Shown piece by piece: positions 56,867 to 62,527 of a DNA stretch of 62,527 bases. Numbering within the stretch: position 1 is the first letter of the stretch; each line of letters opens with the position of its first letter. Under the pieces are notes generated by a model, which was given only the letters and a program-made list of their open reading frames with translations, made no database searches and was not told the DNA's origin. The position numbers and the translations under genes were made by a program. The DNA is from Candidatus Hydrogenedens sp. (GTDB taxonomy: Bacteria > Hydrogenedentota > Hydrogenedentia > Hydrogenedentales > Hydrogenedentaceae), in the NCBI GenBank assembly GCA_049968235.1, contig JBMFRC010000017.1:1-62527 (forward strand), in the 5' to 3' direction.

Positions 56867-57697
56867 TTATTGTTCGAGAAATTTTTTGAGATATTGTATA
56901 CTATCGGTGGCTATTTTTTCAGGTCCTAGGTCAAATTTGAATACTTCAACAGACATATACCCTGTATATCTAATATCTTTAAGTGCTTGAACAATAGGAG
57001 TGAAATCAACCTTTCCCATACCGGGACCTAATAGGTTTTCATCATTGGCGTGATAGTGTTTTAGATATTTAGCACATTTGCGTATGATTACTTCACGAGG
57101 CTCTTGAAGAAAAGCCATAGCCTTTGTATCCAGTAATAATTGAAATTTAGGATGATTAATAGCTTCTATAAGTTCAATGGTTTCTTCAACCGTATGACAG
57201 AAGTTTGTTTCCCAGTGTGTTAGTTGTTCCATGCAGATAGTTACATCTCTTTTTTCACATACAGGCATGGCTTGAGCAAATACTTCACATGCATAATTGA
57301 ATGCTTGATTATAAGAAGTATCCCGCATTACATTGCGCTGTTTGGGTGAGCCGAAGACAATAATTTTTCCACCTATATCAGCACAGAAATTAGCCAATTC
57401 TTTCAAATAATGGGCGGTATAATTCCTTATTTCGGGGTCAGGATGAGTAAGATAAACATTTTCAGGTCCTACAAATACCCAGTGGATTCCGAGAATCTCC
57501 AATCCTACTTTTTCAGCGATATTTCGTATTTCTTTACGGGTTTCAGCGGGTATATCTGTTACATATTTTGATATCGTAAAGGGTGCAATTTCTAATCCAT
57601 CGTAGCCTAAATCTTTGACATATTTAATAGTTCTTTCCATATCATTCCATTCTTTAAATATTTCATTACAAATACCAATTTTAATTTTTTTGCTCAT
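56867..57697 (-). CDS. Sugar phosphate isomerase/epimerase (xylose-isomerase-like TIM barrel, AP_endonuc_2 family).
   Basis: LGYDGLEI, HWVFVGPEN, metal-binding-like HYHANDEN...MSVEVF. 276 aa. Confidence 0.65.
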   Translation of the reverse strand: MSKKIKIGICNEIFKEWNDMERTIKYVKDLGYDGLEIAPFTISKYVTDIPAETRKEIRNIAEKVGLEILGIHWVFVGPENVYLTHPDPEIRNYTAHYLKELANFCADIGGKIIVFGSPKQRNVMRDTSYNQAFNYACEVFAQAMPVCEKRDVTICMEQLTHWETNFCHTVEETIELIEAINHPKFQLLLDTKAMAFLQEPREVIIRKCAKYLKHYHANDENLLGPGMGKVDFTPIVQALKDIRYTGYMSVEVFKFDLGPEKIATDSIQYLKKFLEQ

Positions 57698-57715
57698 ATG
57701 ATTTCCTTTAATTTT

Positions 57716-59110
57716 TTATTTGTTATTTTTGAATATATTTACACGATTTCCACCGGAACGTTTTGCGGTATACATACAATTATCTGCAAATCGTATAAAG
57801 GAACGAAGAGAGAATTTTTCTTTATATGCAATGACACCGATAGATAGAGTTAAATTATTGAATTTCTTCGCTTCAAATGATGAACGAATACGGTCTGCTA
57901 CCAACAATGCTTGGGTTGTATCGGTTTCAGGCAAGATTATAGTAAACTCATCACCACCATATCGAAATCCTGTGTCTACATGTTCACGGGTACACTCTTT
58001 GACAATCTGTCCAACTGTTTTTAATACTTTATCACCCATTAGATGACCGTGACAATCGTTATAGGTCTTGAATTGGTCTATATCAAAAAGTAATAAGGAT
58101 AGAGGATGTCGTTGTCTTTTGGCTCGTTCTATTTCGGATTCCAATCTATCATAAAAATACCGCTGATTATATAAATCTGTAAGGCTATCTTTTATGGATA
58201 TTTCTTTCAGTTTATTTTCCAGTTCTTTCTGTGGGGTTATATCTTTGAAAATAGCCAGAATTGAATGGATTAGTTGTTTTTCTTTTTTTACGCAAGAAAA
58301 TGAAATATTCACAGGAACTTGTTTTTTATCTTTTCGAACGAATTCTGTTTCATAATTTTGCACGCATTCTTTTTCACGAATCATTTGCAGTATGTATTTT
58401 GATTCTTCTTTTGAGCCTGCTAAAAGAAATGATAAATACTTCTCTTTTATTTCATCTTCTTTATAGTCTAATATATGTAATGCCCCTTGATTTGCGTAGT
58501 TGATTTGAAATGCGGGGGTCAAAATAAAAATACCATCTACAGAAGTATTGATCAGTTGTTCAAGATATTCTTTGGTTTCTCTTAATTCCTTGTTTGTAAT
58601 TTTTAGTTGTTCTGTTGCTTCATGAATACGCTGTTGCAATTCTTTCTCATGGTTTTTTTGAGCCATGATAAGAGAACGATGTTCTAAGGCTCTTCTTATA
58701 GCAATTTTAATTTCTTCTAATTGAAAAGGTTTGAGAATGTAATCATAAGCCCCTAATCGCAATGCTTCAATGGCATTTTTTACATCCTGTAAACCGGTCA
58801 TCATTATTATTTCAAGGTCGGAATGTTGTTCTTTTGCTTTTTTGAGAAAGTGTAAGCCATCCATTTCTGGCATTAGATAATCTACAAGAGCTAAAGAAAA
58901 AGGTTCTTTAGATATTTTAGAAAGGGCTTCCTTAGGAGATGTTGTAGAAATACAATTATAATTTAAATCTTTCAGGAAAGTTTGGATGAGTTCGAGGATG
59001 GTTGTGTCATCATCAACTACAAGTATTTTATCTCTCTGTGTGAATTTACTTCCTTTTTTCTTTGAGATATCGGTATTCTGGATATTTGCAGATGCTTTGT
59101 CTTTCTTCAT
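57716..59110 (-). CDS. Response regulator with REC, PAS and GGDEF domains (diguanylate cyclase); paralog of the 24127 gene.
   Basis: ILVVDDD...LALVDYLMPEMDG...KPF (REC). PAS. RYGGDEF. Confidence 0.85.
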   Translation of the reverse strand: MKKDKASANIQNTDISKKKGSKFTQRDKILVVDDDTTILELIQTFLKDLNYNCISTTSPKEALSKISKEPFSLALVDYLMPEMDGLHFLKKAKEQHSDLEIIMMTGLQDVKNAIEALRLGAYDYILKPFQLEEIKIAIRRALEHRSLIMAQKNHEKELQQRIHEATEQLKITNKELRETKEYLEQLINTSVDGIFILTPAFQINYANQGALHILDYKEDEIKEKYLSFLLAGSKEESKYILQMIREKECVQNYETEFVRKDKKQVPVNISFSCVKKEKQLIHSILAIFKDITPQKELENKLKEISIKDSLTDLYNQRYFYDRLESEIERAKRQRHPLSLLLFDIDQFKTYNDCHGHLMGDKVLKTVGQIVKECTREHVDTGFRYGGDEFTIILPETDTTQALLVADRIRSSFEAKKFNNLTLSIGVIAYKEKFSLRSFIRFADNCMYTAKRSGGNRVNIFKNNK

Positions 59111-59134
59111 TAAAATAAACTTGTTTGTTAATTA

Positions 59135-59398
59135 TTATAACCATTTTACTACAGCCACAGCAGCGGCTAAAGAACCAAAAGCAAATCCTATTTTCCATTT
59201 TCCAGGAAGTTTATTTTTATCAAATTGTTTGGTAGCCAATGAACCACTTATACCTTTTTTGGATGCGAGTTCTTTATCAGCTCCAAGTGCATCACCTTTT
59301 CCTTTTCCCTGTGCATAGGTAGGAGTTACTATGAGTAGAATAAAAAGCAGAAGAATAAGAGTAACAAATACAATCTTCCATCTTTTATTTATTAACAT
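59135..59398 (-). CDS. Small secreted/membrane protein, 87 aa.
   Basis: MLINKRWKIVFVTLILLLFILLIVTPTYA signal. Lys/Gly-rich middle. C-terminal hydrophobic FAFGSLAAAVAVVKWL. Shine-Dalgarno GGAGGT before ATG 59398. Confidence 0.4.
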   Translation of the reverse strand: MLINKRWKIVFVTLILLLFILLIVTPTYAQGKGKGDALGADKELASKKGISGSLATKQFDKNKLPGKWKIGFAFGSLAAAVAVVKWL

Positions 59399-59526
59399 AG
59401 AGTTTACCTCCATATTAAATGGTTTTTATATTCTAATTAATTATAGCATAAAAATTAGATATTATTTAAAGTATTTATAATATCTTTATTATAAAAACGA
59501 TAAACTGCGAAGTTTAGTTAAGTATG

Positions 59527-60081
59527 TTATTCTGTTGTGGTAGTATTTCCGAAGACAAAAAATTCGCTAATAAGGAGGAAGACAAGTCCTATTACAATAG
59601 CAAGGTCAGCAATATTAAATATTCCTGTTCTTAGACTGAAAGAACCAAACCCAATTCCTATATTCATAAAATCCACAACTTTGCCATCTCGAAAAATTCG
59701 GTCAATAATATTTCCCAATCCACCTGCAATGATTAGTGAAAAACTAAACATAGTTGTAGCAGGCAGATTTGTTTTATAGAACATTAGTATCAGTAAGATA
59801 AGGAGAACAATGGAATTTAATATCGTGAAGAGCCAGAAGCGGAGGGAATCCGGTAACTGACTGCCTAAACTTAAAAAGGCACCGGTATTTTCCGTGTAGG
59901 TAAGACGGAATAAATCGTGGGGTGTCCATGATTCCGGGAAGTGGATACTGGGTTTTCCTTTTAAATATTTTATTGCGGTAATTTTAGTGACCTGGTCGAG
60001 TGCCAATATAACAATCAGTAAAAGCAATACGAGGATATGAAGACGAGAAAAGTGTATTTGCAAAATAATAATCCTTATCAA
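59527..60081 (-). CDS. lspA: Lipoprotein signal peptidase (signal peptidase II).
   Basis: IIAGGLGNIIDRIFRDGKVVDFMNIGIGFGSFSLRTGIFNIADLAIVIGLVFLLI (conserved Asn/Asp and FN(I/L)AD motif). Apparent TTG start. Confidence 0.85.
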   Translation of the reverse strand: MIRIIILQIHFSRLHILVLLLLIVILALDQVTKITAIKYLKGKPSIHFPESWTPHDLFRLTYTENTGAFLSLGSQLPDSLRFWLFTILNSIVLLILLILMFYKTNLPATTMFSFSLIIAGGLGNIIDRIFRDGKVVDFMNIGIGFGSFSLRTGIFNIADLAIVIGLVFLLISEFFVFGNTTTTE

Positions 60082-60259
60082 TATTTTTTGAATTATTGAA
60101 TATTTTACATAGGTGGTATTTTAAATTTTTTTTGTATATAAACTCTACTTTGTATGAATTTTAGAAATAAAAGAACTGTGTGAATTGTTTTACATATATG
60201 TATAATATAAATGATGTAACAAACATATAATAAAACCTTATATAAAGAAAGGGAAGTTT

Positions 60260-60796
60260 ATGATTAAAGATAAAGTATTAAACGCATTAAACAAGCAAAT
60301 TAATGAAGAGATTTATTCAGCCTACCTATATGCGTCCATGAGGGCTTATTTTGAGAAATTGAACTTGAAAGGTTTCGCTAATTGGTTGAAAATTCAAGTT
60401 CAGGAGGAACTTTTCCATGCACGGAAATTTGAGAATTATATTTTTGAAAGAGGTGGCGAAGTAGAATTGTATGAGATAAAGAAGCCTACAAAAAGTTGGA
60501 AGAGTCCTCTGGATGCTTTCGAGGCTGTATATAAACATGAATGTCATATCACGGAATGTATAAATAAGTTAGCCGAAGTTGCAGAGAAAGAAGGGGACCG
60601 CTCTACGCGTATGTTTTTAGATTGGTTTATTAATGAACAGGTAGAGGAAGAAGCCAATGCAGATGGAATTTTGCAGAAACTTCAAATGGTTAAAGATGCC
60701 CCCGGCGGAATTTACTGGATAGATAAAGAATTAGAACAGCGAGTTCTTAATCCATTGGTTATTGCTGATATTACTGGAGCCACAACAGCACAATAA
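60260..60796 (+). CDS. ftn: Ferritin (non-haem, Ftn-like).
   Basis: LNKQINEEIYSAYLYASMRAYFE, QVQEELFHARKF and FLDWFINEQVEEE, the ferroxidase di-iron ligand pattern. Confidence 0.85.
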   Translation: MIKDKVLNALNKQINEEIYSAYLYASMRAYFEKLNLKGFANWLKIQVQEELFHARKFENYIFERGGEVELYEIKKPTKSWKSPLDAFEAVYKHECHITECINKLAEVAEKEGDRSTRMFLDWFINEQVEEEANADGILQKLQMVKDAPGGIYWIDKELEQRVLNPLVIADITGATTAQ

Positions 60797-60889
60797 TCTT
60801 TGAGATAAGAAATAAAATAAGACCTGTTTTTGTTTATTTTGGTGGAAGCAATATAAACTAAACAAAAAAAACATAAAGGAGAATTGTAT

Positions 60890-61486
60890 ATGTGTTTAGT
60901 AAAAGTTCAACAAAAAGCCCCGGATTTTACTGCGACTGCTGTTATGCCAGATGGAAGTTTTAATGAAAAGTTCCAACTATCCGATTGCCAGGGGAAATAT
61001 GTATTATTGTATTTTTATCCACTGGATTTTACTTTTGTTTGTCCATCAGAAATTTTAGCATTTGACAAAAAATTGGAAGAGTTTAAATCCCGAGATTGTG
61101 AAGTAATTGGTGTTTCTGTAGATTCTCATTTCACACACTGGGCATGGAGAAATACACCGGTGGAAAAAGGAGGTATAGGCAATATCCGTTATCCATTGGT
61201 TTCTGATTTAACAAAGAAAATATCGAGAGACTACGGTGTATTACTTAATGATGCAGTGGCACTACGCGGACTTTTTATCATGGATAAAGATTTGATTGTG
61301 CGTCATATGTTGATAAATGATTTGCCTATCGGAAGGAGTGTTGATGAAGCACTACGTGTTCTTGATGCTATTCAGTATCATGAAGAACATGGAGAGGTAT
61401 GTCCTGCTAATTGGAAAAAAGGTGAGAAGGCAATGAGACCCGATGCAAAAGGTGTCGCCGAATATTTGTCTAAATATGCAAAATAA
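60890..61486 (+). CDS. ahpC: Typical 2-Cys peroxiredoxin (AhpC/TSA family).
   Basis: FYPLDFTFVCPSEI (peroxidatic Cys). GEVCPANWKKGE (resolving Cys). Shine-Dalgarno AAAGGAG 8 nt before ATG 60890 (the track start at 60884 is TTG). No ahpF adjacent. Confidence 0.85.
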   Translation: MCLVKVQQKAPDFTATAVMPDGSFNEKFQLSDCQGKYVLLYFYPLDFTFVCPSEILAFDKKLEEFKSRDCEVIGVSVDSHFTHWAWRNTPVEKGGIGNIRYPLVSDLTKKISRDYGVLLNDAVALRGLFIMDKDLIVRHMLINDLPIGRSVDEALRVLDAIQYHEEHGEVCPANWKKGEKAMRPDAKGVAEYLSKYAK

Positions 61487-61504
61487 ATAAATAAGAAAAA
61501 TATA

Positions 61505-61548
61505 CCCCCCCCCGATATATTACTAAATATATCGGGGGATTTTTTTAA
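61505..61548. terminator. Bidirectional Rho-independent terminator between the convergent ahpC and HTH genes.
   Basis: CCCCCCCGATATAT-tactaa-ATATATCGGGGG followed by ATTTTTTT. The C-run gives an A-rich tail on the other strand. Confidence 0.8.
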
Positions 61549-61552
61549 TAAA

Positions 61553-61903
61553 TTAATCTTCATTATCTTCATCTATATCGAATAATGAACCTATGTTTTC
61601 TTCATATTTTTTCTTTTTACGAGATGACTTAGAAGGTGTATATATATCTTCTATTTCTTGCGAAATTTTTTGAAGGTTTTTTCTACCCATAGATTTGTTT
61701 TTTTGTTCTTTCTGGATAAACACACCAAAATCTCTTGCCATCTTATTTAAGTCTTCAACAAACAGTGTTTCTGTAGTTCTCCATGATTTACCAATTTTAA
61801 ATCCCCTCAATTTCCCGTTTCTAAACATCTGTCGAATAGTGAGTGGTTTTAGTTTTAAGAATTCAGATATTTCCTCAACTGTTAACACTTTTTCTTTGGG
61901 CAT
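61553..61903 (-). CDS. Excisionase-family (Xis/MerR-like) helix-turn-helix DNA-binding protein with an acidic/basic tail.
   Basis: LTVEEISEFLKLKPLTIRQMFRNGKLRGFKIGKSWRT matches the excisionase-family HTH pattern. Shine-Dalgarno GAGGA. Confidence 0.6.
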   Translation of the reverse strand: MPKEKVLTVEEISEFLKLKPLTIRQMFRNGKLRGFKIGKSWRTTETLFVEDLNKMARDFGVFIQKEQKNKSMGRKNLQKISQEIEDIYTPSKSSRKKKKYEENIGSLFDIDEDNED

Positions 61904-61949
61904 ACAATTTTCCTCAGTATGTAGTTTGTATGTATCATTTATAATTATA

Positions 61950-61971
61950 TAAATACATATTTATGTATTTA
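61950..61971. promoter_or_regulatory. Perfect palindrome (candidate operator) in the divergent promoter region between the HTH gene and the coiled-coil gene.
   Basis: TAAATACATA-tt-TATGTATTTA: 10-bp arms with a 2-nt spacer, in a 196-bp AT-rich intergenic region. Confidence 0.5.
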
Positions 61972-62099
61972 AATTCAAATATTTGTATAAAATTAAAGAA
62001 ATATTATTGACAAATAGAACTAAAATAGATGTATAATCTAAGTAACAACTTATAATCTCTTTTTAAGAATTAATGTAGATTAAACAGGAGATATGGGAC

Positions 62100-62527
62100 A
62101 TGCCAGATGAATATACTGAGAATTTGGATAAACTCAGGAAGATTTTTGATGAAATCTCAGAGATGGATTTAAAAACGACAAAAAGTTATCAAGAGTTCTT
62201 ATTAAAACTTCATACTGCAATAAAACATCAATATGTAAATTTTTCAAAGACAAGAAAAACGGCGGAAGATAATTGGAAATCCTTAAAGGAACAATTAAGT
62301 TTATGGGAAAAAACTTTTGAAAAGGTTTTGTTGGAGAAACAAGAAACTGCAGGACAAATTGAGAGTATGAGAACTCTGTTAGACGAAAAAATTTATGCTT
62401 TAACAACAAAAGAAGATGAACTGGAAACTTTATTGGCAGAGAATAAAAGTAAAGAGGAGGAGATAGAACAGTTAAGGAACGATGTTGATGAACTAAAGAA
62501 ACAGATAGAAGATTTAAAATTAACAGG
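62100..62527 (+). CDS. Coiled-coil protein, partial (runs off the window end).
   Basis: Shine-Dalgarno AGGAG, then ATG at 62100. MPDEYTENLDKLRKIFDEISE...EEEIEQLRNDVDELKKQIEDLKLT, heptad-rich. Confidence 0.5.
   Translation, partial: MPDEYTENLDKLRKIFDEISEMDLKTTKSYQEFLLKLHTAIKHQYVNFSKTRKTAEDNWKSLKEQLSLWEKTFEKVLLEKQETAGQIESMRTLLDEKIYALTTKEDELETLLAENKSKEEEIEQLRNDVDELKKQIEDLKLT

Noticed and set aside
60082-60259. Fur/PerR box upstream of the ferritin gene.
   Set aside because: Only a direct repeat TTGAAT(T)ATTGAATA and generic AT-richness. There is no 7-1-7 inverted repeat matching Fur or PerR consensus.

Overview
AT-rich bacterial chromosomal window with about 50 genes, one tRNA, no CRISPR array and no obvious transposase. 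Main blocks in order: (1) a partial secreted beta-helix protein plus an unknown protein; (2) a complete Bat-type MoxR ATPase / DUF58 / vWA / TPR / SH3 'aerotolerance' operon that runs without gaps into glnD and an active htrA; (3) mnmG, a second htrA translationally coupled to a catalytically dead HtrA paralog, and tRNA-Gly(CCC); (4) two paralogous REC-PAS-GGDEF regulators and two transporters; (5) at the window centre, a second DUF58 plus DUF4129-like membrane-protein pair with no MoxR, beside a lipoprotein / cyclophilin-like / TPR operon; (6) zwf and an orphan sugar ABC binding-protein/permease pair fused into an operon with a ThiS-ThiF fusion and a CrtI-family oxidoreductase, then a FapA/DUF342 protein; (7) a roughly 10 kb locus of three giant secreted proteins carrying internalin-like LRRs, a P-domain, seven I-set Ig-like repeats, Gly-codon tracts and a shared C-terminal tandem EF-hand/dockerin-like module; (8) an oxidative-stress and housekeeping neighbourhood (SOD, ferritin, AhpC, PdxH, LspA, TcdA, TetR); (9) at the right edge, an excisionase-family HTH gene with a perfect palindromic operator. 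The most interesting candidate for an undescribed system is the giant surface-protein trio: two proteins end in a novel dockerin-like tandem module and the third is a membrane-anchored multi-Ig protein, suggesting cohesin/dockerin-like surface assembly. The next candidate is the MoxR-less DUF58/DUF4129 module. All calls are from reading the translations and DNA by eye; no database search was possible.
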